Source: Octopus sinensis
Taxonomy: Eukaryota
NCBI RefSeq assembly: GCF_006345805.1
Contig: NC_043001.1
Location: 20,336,001-20,400,000, forward strand
DNA: 64,000 bases
Direction of reading: 5' to 3'
The notes beneath the pieces are model-generated. The model was given only the letters and a program-made list of their open reading frames with translations. It was not told where the DNA came from and did not search any database. Shown in pieces: positions 25,156 through 38,112 of the stretch (within the stretch, counting starts at the first letter, position 1; the number at the start of each line of letters is the position of its first letter). The translations under genes were made by a program, and so were the position numbers.

Positions 25156-25596
25156 CATGTGATTGTTTGTGTCTCCTTATCTTGGCATCACATGATTGTT
25201 GTAAATGAAAGTGATTCATTTCCAGTATTCTGTGGAAACAGCTTTCACCATGAAGAAATATTTCCTTGCTTGAAAACAGGTAAAGGGTTACTAATAGGAA
25301 GGGTACCCAACCCTTGAAAATCGAACTCAACAAACTCCATCTGACTCAGGCAAGAACAGAAGAATTGACATTAAAACGATTATTTTTAATCTTTTACTTG
25401 TTTCAGTCATTAAACTGTGGCCATGCTGGGGCACCACCTTGAAGATTTTTAATTTGATTGAATAGACCCCAACACTTATTTTTTTTAACCCTGGTGTTTA
25501 TTTTATTGGTCTCTTTTGCTGAGCCATTAAGTTACAGGAATGCAAACACACCAACACCGTTTGTCAGTTACAAATACACACACACACACACATATA

Positions 25597-25794
25597 TATA
25601 TATTAAAAATGGGGAAGGCCAGTTTATGGGATTACCTTAGGTTTCTCGTCTATAAAGAATTTAGCTTTATGGCATATCGTCAGACCCCAAGACAGGTTTT
25701 GAGGTCTGACGATATGCCATAAAGCTAAAAACCCTTTATGGACGGGAAACCTAAGGTTATCCCATAAACCAGCCTTCCCTATTTTTAATATATA
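25597..25794. repeat. Inverted repeat (about 93-bp arms) carrying hammerhead-like cores
   Basis: Foldback centred near 25693; each arm reads CTGACGA...GAAAcctaagg on its own strand. Confidence 0.85.
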
Positions 25795-25959
25795 CTGCCC
25801 TAAATCTTAGAGTGTACTTCTTCTCTGGATTTAAGTTTTCTACAAACGATATTTAAACACACACACACACACACACACCACACACACACACACACACACA
25901 TACATACATACATACATACAAACATACATACACACATACATACATAGATGCATACATTG

Positions 25960-26000
<41 letters not shown>

Positions 26001-27694
26001 ACTGGCTTCTTTCAGTTTCTATCTCCTGAATCTACTCACAAGGCTTTGGTCAACCTGGGACTATAGTAGAAGACACTTGCCAAAGGTATCAAGTAGTGAA
26101 CCCTGAACAATGTGGTTGGCAAGCAAGCAAGCATTTTACCACATGGCCATGGCTGCACCTTCTCCCAAAAATGAGGTTAACAGTTTGGAAAATTATAATT
26201 GTATTAATGCTCATCCCAGATATTTATAGGTTTAATAATTGATTCTTAAATACATTATGAAGTCAAATATATTTCATTTTTGATTTTGTTTTCATTTTGG
26301 AGATATATTGAAATGCTACTGGCTTCTAGACATGGCTGTGTGCTAAGAACTTTGCTTCCTAACTACATGGTTCTGGGTTCAGCTGCTGCAAATACGAGTA
26401 AGTGCAACTTGGACAGTTTGCAGTTTGACAGGACCTAAGTACTGAAAGCCATTTAATCTAATACACTTTTCTGTTAGTTTCCAGTACTAGCATCCACGCA
26501 CAAGGCTTGGGTCAGCCCAAAGCTATAGTAGAAGACATTTGGCCAAAGTAGGATTCATGTATTTCTAATGTGTTTAAAAATTTTGTTCACTCCAGAAGAA
26601 TGAAAGGTAATATCCACCCAGTAGGTTTGGAATTCAGAATGAAATATAATTTATTTCTCTGCTAGAATTCTATCAATTGGGCCGTATATCTCCCTTTATA
26701 AGAGGTATTAAAAAAAAGTTAAGAAGATAGATTTTAAAATATTTTATTTCATAATAAATAGGCACTGGCATGGTTGTGTGGTGAAGAAGCTCTTTTTGTA
26801 ACCTTGATACTCTTAGTACTGTTATTGAAGGTATAGAGTAATCATAATGAATTTTATTTATTTTTTTATTTTAAGATTTGATTTGATTTGATGTTATTAA
26901 AACGTCCATGCTGAAAGTTGAAGAAAGAATTGTCTCCCTTAGACATTAGCTGTAGCATGTCATCCATAACGAAACGAAACTTCGTATGCAGTGAATTATA
27001 ACCCTTCTCTTTGCTAAAAGTACTACTGTAATAATTCTATTAAAAAGAACATTATTTACAAAAGTAAACAGTAAGAAAATAAATAAAGAAACCAAATATA
27101 TATATATATATATATATATCAATAAATTAAAAATCAAAACAGAGGCTTACCCACTCCCTCGATTATACATTCCATCAAAGGAAACTGGTGTTCCCTATTA
27201 AAATTTTTTGAGACATCCCTCAATACTCATGACACAACTGCTGGAATACTAGAACAGCCAGACACCCATTCAAGCATCATCTGATACATCAAGGAAGCAA
27301 GATGCTATCCAGGACATTCCAACATCTCAAAAGCTACAGGTGGGGAAATGTAATCTACTAAAAGACAAATATTTCAGTATCTAATTTGGTTCAGTTATGG
27401 ATGCTGTAATACCTACCTCTACAGCAGGATTAAGGACGTGTGATGGAGTAAATGAGTAACAAGCAGTGGTGCCCCATATGAACCACACAGGTCTGGGTTC
27501 AGTCCTACTGCATGGCACCTTGGGCAGATGTTTTCTACTTTAGCCTCAGGCTGACCAAAGCCTTGTGAGTAGATTTGGTAGATGGAAACTGAAAGAAGCC
27601 AGCTCTGTGTGTGTGTGTGTCTGTGTCTGTGTCTGTGTGTGTGTCTGTCTGTGTCTGTGTGTGCATGTGTGTCTGTCTGTGTCTCTGTGTATGT

Positions 27695-27734
<40 letters not shown>

Positions 27735-28619
27735 ATGTGTGTGTGTGCATGCATGCGTGTGTGTGTGTGTGTTTGTGCCTGTTTATCCATCATTACCGCT
27801 TGACAACTGGCGTTTGTGTGTTTATGTCCCTGAAACTTAGCAGTTTGGCAAAATAGACTAATAAAATTAGTACCTAGCTTTAAAAAATTAAGCACTGGGG
27901 TCGAATTGTTTGACTAAAATTCTTCAAGGCAGTGCCCCAGCATGGCTGCAGTCTAATGACTGAAACAAGTAAAATATAAAAGATAAGAGATAGCTCATGG
28001 ACAAAGTGTAAGTCCATTGGGCTTCTTTCTATTATCCCTTAAGAATCTCACTGGCTTCAGACTTCAAACAACATTTACCCTGGCTAGTTCTCATTTAATG
28101 TTCATGTTTGTTTGTTGTGGAGAACAATGTGACCCACATTCAGTGAACATGACAGTCCATAAAGACTTCTGAAATCAAGGGGCTTGCCACAATAACACTG
28201 TATTTTCCCATATGCACCACCTCTGACTCAGAGGGTGATAGAGATGCAGGACTCATCCAGACCAAAGAAGCAACTGGTGTTTGCCTAGACAAAGTGTCAA
28301 TCCAGTTTCTGGAAAATTTGTACTCACAGGAAGTAGGCAGCATCTTGAATGTTGATCAGATTGAAAGAGAAAGCGATGGAAAGAGAGTGGGGGAGATTGG
28401 GTATCAAAGGGAGAGAGAACCAAAAGTGTGTTTTGAATGTTGTCTCAAACTCTCTGAGTGAATTTTCCCTGCTCTGGGACTAACAATCCAAGCCTTCCGT
28501 ATCAGTTGTAGAGTTTCACCCACCTCCAAGTTGAAAAGGATAGAATGTTGCCCTTCAGAGAGGATCAAACATGAATGGAAGAAAGAAAAGCAGGACAGAG
28601 ATAGAGATTTACATTTGCG

Positions 28620-29160
28620 TACACATAGTTTGGTCTCACTAAGGCAATGACGAAAGACCGAGATCTCTGGAGATATGCTGTGACTGCAAAGACCCAACAA
28701 ATAACGTGAGTTCATGGCTGTTTCATGCACTAGTTTTGCATAGCAGCCCCAGCCCAAAGTACCTTGGATTGCAGAATGACCTGCTGTGCTTACCTTGGAT
28801 TGTAGGGTGACCTGCTGTGCTTGAGGAAACCTATTGAGTCAAGTACATCAACATCAAAATAAATATCAAATGGAAATTGTAGTTGTGATACCTGTGCCGG
28901 TGGCACGTAAAATGCACAATCCGAACATGGCCAATGCCAGCGCCACCTTGACTGGCTTCCGTGCCGGTTGCACATAAAAGCACCCACTACACTCATGGAG
29001 TGGTTGGCGTTAGGAAGGGCATCCAGCAGTAGAAACACTACCAGATCAGACTGGAGCCTGGTGCAGCCTCCTGGCTTCCTATATTTCAGTTGAACCGTCC
29101 AACCCATGCCAGCATGGAAAACGGACGTTAAATGATGATGATGATAATGATGATGATAGA
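28620..29160 (+). mobile_element. RTE LINE 3' end continuing into family A tail
   Basis: TKAMTKDRDLWRYAVTAKT followed by the family A core and (GAT)n. Confidence 0.7.
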
Positions 29161-29514
29161 ATGCTTAATATTGACCAATCTTTTCAGTTTCTCCTGAATT
29201 AGATTGCCAAAGATTTCATGAGATGGCAAGAATCTGAACAAGAGATTTCATTGCAATAACTAGCAGCTCTAGTGACCATGTTGGTTTCTTAAGTTCCAAA
29301 TAGGCCTTTCTCTTTTTTTTTGAAACAAATGTGTAGATCTGATTTCCCAAAACCCTGCTTTGACACATCAAAATCTACATAATATTGGGCCTCACCACTT
29401 TCTATATCTCATTGTGACCACACATAACCTAAACTACAACTAAAAAAACTAACCAGCCTGTTCAGGCCCAGAGGATAATTTAGCCTTCATCTGCTGCTGA
29501 CCCTATACAAAGCA

Positions 29515-29825
29515 AATTGTTTGTTCCTTCTCGAGCCATGTTTGGCTCATAAGGGCCGGTTTCCCAGTTTCCTTGGCGTATAGGTTCCCCACCTGGACAG
29601 GACGCCAGACCGTCACAGGTGAACTGCAAGATGCAGGAGGAAAGAGTGAGAGAAAGTTGTGGCGAAAGAGTCAGCAGAAGTTTCGCCATTACCTTCTGCC
29701 GGAGCCGTATGGAGCTTAGGTGTTTCGCTCATAAACACACACATCACCCGGTCTGAGATTCGAACCCACAATCCCTCGACCGTAAGTCCGCTGCTCTAAC
29801 CACTAGGCCATGTGCTTTCACACAG
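29515..29825 (-). mobile_element. tRNA-derived SINE family E
   Basis: Minus-strand head tggcctagtggttagagc...ggttcgaatc; second copy at about 31045-31345, hybrid copy at about 36428-36680. Confidence 0.8.
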
Positions 29826-30259
29826 CAAATGCAAAGCCTACAAGTATTGCTCCCTTAAGTATCAGAGAAACCAGGATAGAGAGTATTATCAGTCACTGGA
29901 ATCCATGAAAATAAACCTGTCATTGTTTTATACAAGGGAGGCAATCAAGTATTACTTGTTTCTGCAAAAGGAGGTCTGATGAACAATCTACGGTGGAATT
30001 CTTGGAATTATCACCCATTTAAATGCTAATATTATGAGTGCATAATTCTGTTTACTGAACAAGTGGAATGTTCAATGTTGAAACTGACTATTTAGTTTTC
30101 ACTTATAATTGTTAAAATAAATATAAATCAAAAGCAAAAGTTAAATAATGCAGTTTGAAATTTAGAACAATACAAATTATACTCAAGGATAAATATGAAA
30201 AGCAAATATATTTATTGTCTCATGATAATTCTTAATTATGTATTCATTCATAGTTTATA

Positions 30260-30730
30260 TGTGAAGGCGCATGGCTCAGTGGTTAGAGCGTCGAGCTTAC
30301 GATCGTGAGGCTGTGAATTCGAATCCCGGACCAGACTGCAAGTTGTGTTCTTGAGCAAGACACTTCATTTTATGTTGCTCCAGTTCACTCAGCTGTAGAA
30401 ATGATTAGAGTGATTAAAGCGTCAAGCTTACGATCGTGAGGTTGTTAGTTCGAATCCCAGACCAAACTACTTGTTGTGTCCTTGAGCAAGACACTTTATT
30501 TCACATTGCTCCAGTTCACTCAGCTGTAGAAATGAGTTGCGACGTCACAGGTGCCAAGCTGTATCGGCCTTTACCATTCCCTTGGATAACATCGGTGACG
30601 TGGAGAGGGGAGGCCGGTATGCATGGGCGACTGCTGGTCTTCCATAAAAACAACATTGCCCAGACTCGTGCCTAGGAGGGTACCTTTCTAGGTGCAATCG
30701 CAGGTTCAGTCATGACCAAAGGGGGTCTCC
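30260..30730 (+). mobile_element. tRNA-derived SINE family D with duplicated head
   Basis: Head tggctcagtggttagagc...ttcgaatcc; the first 150 bp or so are repeated in tandem. Confidence 0.8.
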
Positions 30731-31544
30731 GCTCCGCATAGTTTATATATAGAATTTTAAAATTATTTGCATAAATTCATACATATTTAATATCCATGCA
30801 ACTGCAATGGTGTGCAGAATGTTTCTTGCTAATTTTGGCACAAGGCCAGTGATTTTGAGGGGAGGGGCAGGCTGATTACCTTGACCTCAGTTCTCAAATA
30901 ATACTTATCTTATTACTACTGAAAGAATGAATGGCAAAGTTGACCTCATTGGAATTTGAACTCAGAATGTAGAGAGACAGAAGAAATGGCACTGAGCATT
31001 TTGCCCAAAGTGATAATGACTCAGTCAGCTCAATTTTTTTGTTTGTTTGTTCCTTCTCGAGCCATGCCTGGCTCATAAGGGCCGGTTTCCCAGTTTCTTG
31101 GCGTATAGGTTCCCCACCTGGACGGGACGCCAGTCCGTCGCAGGTGAGCTGCAAGATGTAGGAGGAAAGAGTGAGAGAAATTTGTGGTGGAAGAGTCAGC
31201 AGAAGTTTTGCCATTACCTTCTGCTGGATCCATGTGGAGCTTAGATGTTTCGCTCATAAATACACACATCGTCCGGTCTGAGATTCAAACCCACGATCCC
31301 TTGACCGCGAGTCCGCTGCTTTAACCACTAGGCCATGTGCCTCCACTGTCAGCTCAATTACCTTAATGACATAAAATATTGATTTCAAATTATGGGACAA
31401 GGTCAGCAATTTTAGGGGAAGGGAAGTCAATTACATCAACCCCAGGGCTCGATTGGGGCTTATTTTCATTTGACTCCAAAAAGATTGAAAGGCAAAGTCA
31501 ACCTTGGCAGAATTTGAACTCTGAATGTGAAAACAGAAAAAATC

Positions 31545-31925
31545 ATTAGCACGCCGGGCAAAATGCTTAGCGGTATTTCGTCTGCCGTTACATTCTGAGT
31601 TCAAATTCCGCCAAGGTCGACTTTGCCTTTCATCCTTTCGGGATCGATTAAATATGTACCAGTTATGCACTGGGGTCGATATAATCGACTTAATCTGTTT
31701 GTCTGTCCTCTCTGTGTTTAGCCGTTTTGTGGGTAGTAAAGAAATAGGTATTTCGTCTGCTGTTACGTTCTGAGTTCAAATTCCGCCGAGGTCGACTTTG
31801 CTTTCAGGGGGTTGATAAATTAAGTACCAGTTACGCACTGGGGTCAATGTAATCGACTTAATACCTTTGTCTGTCCTTGTTTGTCCTCTCTGTTTAGCCC
31901 CTTGTGGGCAATAAAGCAATAAGAA
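31545..31925 (+). mobile_element. SINE family C tandem multimer
   Basis: Units gttctgagttcaaattccgccgaggtcgactttgcc...; other copies at about 46075-46500, 52618-52855, 53275-53470 and 54195-54620. Confidence 0.8.
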
Positions 31926-31942
31926 ACTGAAAAACGCCCATC

Positions 31943-31984
<42 letters not shown>

Positions 31985-32694
31985 TGCTAGTGAATGAGCG
32001 TGTTACCGCTGCTTTGTCTTGGAATTGTGTGATAGTTGTAAATGAATGTTATTGCCATGCAAGTGGTGTTCTTCATTTTCAATCTTCTGGCCATGGGGAA
32101 ATAATGTTACTTGGAAACAGATGAGGGTCGGTGACAGGAATGGCATCCAGCTGCAGAAAATCTGCTGCAATGAATTCCATCCGACCCATGCGAGTATGGA
32201 TAAATGATGATGGTGATGATGATGAGGTTGAAGAAAAAACTGTTGAACTGATCATTCAATAGCCTCCTTCTTTCTGAGATACTGTAACAGAACAACTGTC
32301 TTCAGCCAATGCATTGAGGCTTTGTTTGCAAACCTGCAGTAGATTTTTGGGTTTGTTTTTCTGTTTTCTACAGCCTTGGTTTCTTATACTGCTCACACAT
32401 TTTATTCCCAATTTTTAAGTGTTCTTTGTTTGTGTTTTCCTTCGTCATTGCTTTACCTATTTAAGAAATTTCAAGTCTTTTTTTTTGTCCAACAGAACAA
32501 AGAAAAACATTTTTATAAACCTTGACCTCAAGGACATATTTCATTCATATAGAACTCTTGACATACAATTCTTTAGTTTCATGTTATTGTTTTGAACAGA
32601 GAGAATTTTATGCCACAGTTCTATATTTAAGAGGTGAGGAATTATGTACATTATTTACATTCAATGGTTATTTGTCCTCATCGTGTTTGTTGTT

Positions 32695-32740
32695 AACACA
32701 ACGTTTCAGCTGATATACCCTCCAGCCTTCATCAGGTGTC
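32695..32740 (-). ncRNA. Hammerhead-like motif in a Penelope-type repeat
   Basis: Minus strand: gacac-CTGATGA-aggctg(gagggtatat)cagct-GAAA-cg-TT-gtgtt; ACGT palindromic stem III, bulged stem II. Confidence 0.5.
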
Positions 32741-32829
32741 TTGGGGAAATTTCGAACCTGGGCTCTCATTCCTAAGGTGTTTTTCGATGTTATTATTATT
32801 ATTATTATTTTTATTATTGCTGTTGTTGT

Positions 32830-32977
32830 TGTTCAGGTCACTTCTTGGAATCTTGGATTTAATAGCCTGTGCTCTTAACTACTATGCCATATGCCCACGA
32901 GTATATGGCATAGTGGTTAAGAATACAGGCTACTAAACCCAAGATTCCAAGTTCGATTCCAAGAAGTGACCTGAACA
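32830..32977. repeat. Head-to-head inverted tRNA-like dimer flanked by (AAT)n/(ATT)n
   Basis: Arms 32830-32892 and 32903-32977. The right arm has A-box TGGCATAGTGG and B-box GTTCGATTCC. Confidence 0.8.
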
Positions 32978-33704
32978 ATAAAAATAATAATAATAATAAC
33001 AATAATAATAATAATGATAATAATAATAACTTCGAAAATTACATTCCGAGTTCAAATTTGCCTTTCATCTTTTGGGGGCTGATGAAATAAATACTATCTG
33101 AGCACTGGGGTCAATAATGAAATCAATTTACCAACTCCTCTGAAATTGCTGGCTTTGTGTCCCCACTTGTCCCTTGTGTTGTATTGACCCTTTATGTTTT
33201 GTGCTCAGCCTTTGTGGCCAATAAAGAAAAGATTATCATTATTATTACTAATTATTATTATTATTAGTTTACCTGTTACTTAACAAAGCTAGGGGTGTCA
33301 TGATAGTTGCTCTTTGTCTTTTAATTCTCTCTACTTTACCATCCCCAATCTTCACTTTACTTAAAACTCCTCACTTTTTTTCTTTTGCTTGGTTGGAGGC
33401 ATCAGCATTTTCTACTAAGTCCCTTGCCAATTCCTAGGTTCCTCTTCACCTTGCCCTACCCCTATACACATCTGGCATCTGTCTTGCCTCCTTCCTTTCT
33501 CATTCACAACATCCCACCCATCCACCCACCCACAGCCACACCTCTTCTTCCCCACATCCACGTCCCTTCCTTCCAGGAGCTAAGCAACAACTTTCTCACT
33601 TCCTTGCTCTCAAAGAGTGAAGCTTGAAATAACCAGATTCTTCATTTTTCACAGCAACTGAACTTATCAAACTCTCTTCATATCCATTAGAATAGCAAAC
33701 AAAT

Positions 33705-33862
33705 GATAGAGCCTCTACATGGTCGTACGACATACTAGAAATAGCAGCCAAATTTCCCTTAGATCACACCCTACCATCTTAAAGATAGAGCCTCTACATG
33801 GTCGTACGACGTACTAGAAATAGTAGCCAAATTTCTCTCAGATCACACCCTACTGTCTTAAA
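33705..33862. repeat. 79-bp tandem duplication
   Basis: gatagagcctctacatggtcgtacgac... begins at 33705 and again at 33784. Confidence 0.9.
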
Positions 33863-34029
33863 AGGAGAAGACAAATTAAATGATATAGTCCTGGATGCAA
33901 TAGGGCCAACATCTCTGTGCTTCTGATCATAAGACTGCTTAATCAAGGCTGACCTGGGGTTAAATAACAATAATAGTATTTATGCAAACTTTTGTGTACT
34001 GTATTATGAAACATTTCTGAAAAACCCAA

Positions 34030-34385
34030 CATCATCATCATCGTTTAATGACCGTTTTCCATGCTAGCATGGGTTGGACGGTTCGACCGGGATCTGGGAA
34101 GCCAGAAGGCTGCACCAGGCCCCAGTCCGATCTGGCAGTGTTTCTACAGCTGGATGCCCTTCCTAACGCCAACCACTCCGTGAGTGTAGTGGGTGCTTTT
34201 TACGTTCCTCCAGCACAGGTGCCAGGCGAGGCTGGCAACGGCCATGATTGGTTGGTGCTTTTTACATGCCACCGGCACAGAAGCCAGTCAAGGCAGCGCT
34301 GGCATCAGCCACGTTCGGATGGTGCTTTTTACGTGCTACTGGCACAGGGATCACAACTACAATTTCCATTGATTTTTGATGTTGG
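34030..34385 (-). mobile_element. Family A repeat
   Basis: Reverse complement of the family A core. Further copies at about 6770-7280, 40520-40940, 43770-44240, 48080-48220, 48686-48935, 58030-58425 and 59985-60575. Confidence 0.8.
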
Positions 34386-35099
34386 TGTATAGAAAACAAT
34401 TTAGGAGACAATAATGTTAAGGAACTCCACCAAAAGTTTTAAGATATCTAACAAAAATAATATGATTTAAATATATTTCCAGAATATGATAGTCATAATC
34501 TGAAAAAATGAATATATCCATTACAGGTCACAATTTAAATTCACAAGGTATAATAGAATACCATAAAATATACCATTTCTTGTAAGGAACATCATCATCA
34601 TCATCATCGTCGTTTAGCGTCCGTTTTCCATGCTAGCATGGGTTATTGAAAAAAAATTGTATATAAAAACAATTCAAATAGAATAAAACACCTAAGGCAC
34701 CACTATTCTCAGGTCTGGATCAGTACCTATTAAGGGCTCCATTTTTGGTCAAATAAACTATGATCTTGTGGTTTAGGCATAGAGGACTCAGAGGAGGTTT
34801 GGTTCTTAGACATGTTCACACAGGTCTACCAGTGTATGTGAGCATGCTTTGATGTGATGAGAGCCAGCTCCCTTGCCTAAGGGTTAAATAGGCCATGTGC
34901 CTCAAGAGACAGAATAGTAAACCACTGCTATATTTTATCCATAAAAATCATTAATCTTCAGAATTTAGAATGGGAAAGAGGGTTCCATGATTGCTGACAC
35001 CCATAGACATGGCACAAGAAGAAGGAAAATAAAGAATTATAAAATATATACTTCTTTCTGGTGATATATATTTTTCTGGTGATAGATATTATCATTAAT

Positions 35100-35790
35100 A
35101 TCCCATTGCTAAAATTGCCAAGAAGGCTGAGAGTGTCTTGGCATCACTCACCAAGCCCTTTGTGAGCCGCTCTCCGGCTATCTATATGCGGCTTTATATA
35201 TAGCTATGGTAAGACCTCACCTGGAATTTGCATCACTGGTCTGGAACCCCTACCTTGCCCAGGATATTAATCGTCTGGAAGCCGTTCAGCGACGTGCAAC
35301 CAAGAGAATACTCTCCATCAGGCATTTGCCATATTCTGAATGCCTTACTTCCCTGAGCATGGACACATTGAAACTCCGACGTCTGGCAGCTGACTTGGCA
35401 GACACCCATAAAATTATTAACCATCTTACAAACAATAACTCCGAGCACCTTTTCAAACTCCACCTGTCTAACACTCATGGACATGTTTACAAAGTCAGAA
35501 AACAGCACAGCTCCCATGACTTTCGGAAACATTTTTTCCCGCTAAGAGTTGCTGAAGCATGGAACAGACTGCTGGCATCAGTTGTTAGTTGTCGGAGCAC
35601 TGCATCCTTCAAAACTTCCATGCTTCTTGAGATTCACCAACACTACACCTGATTTTCTCCCCTCTATACACACGCAAGGATGTATCTGACTCATATACTG
35701 TTCGCTTTCCAGACATTTGTACATTACTGCATATACTTTATACGCATTTTGACAGGTTGTGTTGCACCTGAGCACTGTATACAATAATTT
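35100..35790 (+). mobile_element. CR1-like LINE 3' fragment
   Basis: ORF 35206..35652: VRPHLEFASLVWNPY...LEAVQRRATK...TRG-like motif...AWNRL. Confidence 0.88.
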
Positions 35791-35929
35791 CATTGTTATT
35801 ATATTGAAGGCGGTGAGTTGGCAGAATTGTTAGCACACTGGACAAAACACTCTGTGGCATTTCATCCGTCTATATGTTCTGAGTTCAAATGCTGCTGAGG
35901 TCAACTTTACCTTTCTTCTTCTTTTTCTT

Positions 35930-36190
35930 ACAGCATTCACCCGGGGTGGGTTGAGCTGGCTTCATTCATCCTCAATGCTGCATCTCCCAAAAACGCCAAC
36001 CAGGCCTGGCGATTTGAGGCTAACGACCGCGTGATCTCCAACCACTCCTTATTCCAGCAGCGAATGCCGTAGATATGGGGGGGGGGGCCTAGGTTGGGTT
36101 CCAGATCAGCCTTGACTGTCATCAGCCAGGTTTTTTGTTGTCCACCACATCGCTTTCGCCAACTCTGAAGGGGAGCTGGGGCAAAACTTT
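35930..36190 (-). mobile_element. RTE/BovB-like LINE 3' end
   Basis: TVKADLEP...WNKEWLEITRSLASNRQAW resembles the plus-strand copy at 41155-41635. Confidence 0.65.
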
Positions 36191-37196
36191 ACCTTTCATC
36201 TGTTTGGGGGTCAATAAAATAAGTACTAGTTGAGCACTGAAGTTGATGTAATCAACTAGTCCCCTTTTCCAAATTTTCAGGCCTTGTGCCAATAGCAGAA
36301 AGGATATGATAAGAGATATTTCATATTAAAGCAGAAACTACAAACAACCGACTGATGAGATTGCTGTGTCCTGTCAGTAGTCCAGTTCCTCTTTTTAGTC
36401 CCAAATTAGTGTTTATTATATCTAATATAGTGGAGGCATGTGGCTTAGTGGTTAGGGTGTAGAACTCATGATCGTAAGGTTGTGGTTTCGATTCCTGGAC
36501 TGGGCGATGCGTTGTGTTCTTGAGCAAAACACTTCATTTCACGTTGCTCCAGTCCACTCATTTGGCAAAAATGAGTAATCCTGTGACAGACCAGCGTCCC
36601 GTCCAGGTGGGGAATTTCTACGCCACTGAAACCAGGAAACCAGCCCTTCTGAGCCTGGCATTGCTCGAGAAGAAACATTTATTTATTTATATCTAATATA
36701 ACTTTATGTTGAAAATTTTAGCATTTAATCCATTTGTAACTAAGTTTATTTGAAAATATTTTAAATATTTCAACAGTGTAATTAAATAAAAGTTTTCAAA
36801 GAGCCTATCAAAAGGTGATTGATAAATTATCATTGAAAAGACAAAAATCAATGCTTTGTATGGAATGGGATGGGGGCAGTTCAACTGACCCTTGTATCAA
36901 ACTGTTTTATTGATCCTGGAAGGTTTAAAGGCAAAACAAATTTAGCAGAATTTGATCTTACATCAAAAGATGACAATGTGTTTAGTCATCTACTCCAACC
37001 AGAAAACTACTCTTTTGCACAGAAGTTAAAAATTTTAATAGCTTTTGGCAGAAAGAAATAACCATTACAGGGGATATAAAACAAAGGGCTCATCAAAGTA
37101 ATTGATACATTTAACAACAATGAGGAAAAAAAAACAGAAAAAGAAATAGTTATTAAAATGTTCATTATAACATACACTTAGAAAACAAAAACAATG

Positions 37197-37202
37197 TTTA
37201 TT
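37197..37202 (-). promoter_or_regulatory. Candidate polyadenylation signal AATAAA
   Basis: tttatt on the plus strand about 100 nt downstream of the stop codon. The hexamer is common in AT-rich DNA. Confidence 0.3.
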
Positions 37203-37299
37203 ACAGGTTTGTGAAAGAGTATTGTGACTGAGGACACACAGACATTAGCAACAATGGTAAAATAAATAAAATCCAAATATTCTATCACAGAATCAACGA

Positions 37300-38008
37300 T
37301 CATTTTTTGCTGATTAAAATGGCTCTTTTAATTTGGAGCCACTCAGGTAATGGTTTGGGGGCATAAAGCTTTGTCAAGTTATTCCAGTGAAATGGTTCCA
37401 TTCTCTCAATGACATGATCAGGTAGAATCCACGATGTCACTTTATTCTGGTCCTGGAAATAGAGTCTCCAACCATTTGAATCTTGTATTTGGTGAACTGT
37501 AAAATTATCAGGAAGTTGTGAATCTTGTATGCGTATTCCACACATGCATCTTTCTTCCATTCTAAGTGTCTGCCATAAAAGCCGACTGCGGTCTTCGTTC
37601 ATATTTTGTACATAGGTGTAATAAAAACTCGACTGTGTTGCATCCACATTTTGCTGCTTAGATAAAGTCGGTGGAACCGCAGCAGGAGGACGGCTTTCAA
37701 GGAAAAAGTTGTTGTTATCAGGTGTAGTTACCTGCTGGTTATTGTTAGTTTGAAGGCCTACAGAACCATGGAAATTTTCAACAACTCCGTCCATGATATC
37801 AGAGTCAGAAGGTTTTCTCATAATGGGATAAAGTAGCTTCACATCCTGTACTTTTTCGATGTTGTCAATTGGATGAACTTTATAGTATTCAATTAGTGAG
37901 GCCAAAGATTTGAAATTACCAAGCTCATAGAGTAAACAAAATGATTCTCCACCCTGACTGTCTCTGACAATCTTGATATTGACATGTTTAATGTGACGGT
38001 TGGACAAT
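37300..38008 (-). CDS. Last coding exon of SH2/WW-like gene (SH2 C-terminal half, linker, CxC + WW-like module)
   Basis: Lies in ORF 37300..38043. Acceptor ttttcttttaaattacag is phase 2, matching the upstream donor. Encodes HIKHVNI...FKSLASLIEYYKVHPI (SH2 betaD/alphaB) and LPDNFTVHQIQDSNGWRLYFQDQNKVTSWILP (WW-like). TGA at 37300-37302. Confidence 0.85.
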
Positions 38009-38112
38009 CTGTAATTTAAAAGAAAATATAAAACTTTAGTCACTGTTTACCATGTATTGAGATGTCATTTTTAGAATTACAACACACAATGAAATAATTA
38101 ATAAGGCTTCAA

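Noticed and set aside
27150-27340. Acceptor/donor pair on the minus strand
   Set aside because: All three frames are closed; the plus strand resembles an R4-type LINE motif (PRLYIPSKE.G).
30260-30340. tRNA-like sequences at SINE heads (also 15845, 29825 and 36430)
   Set aside because: They have A and B boxes but no complete cloverleaf, and they continue into SINE bodies.
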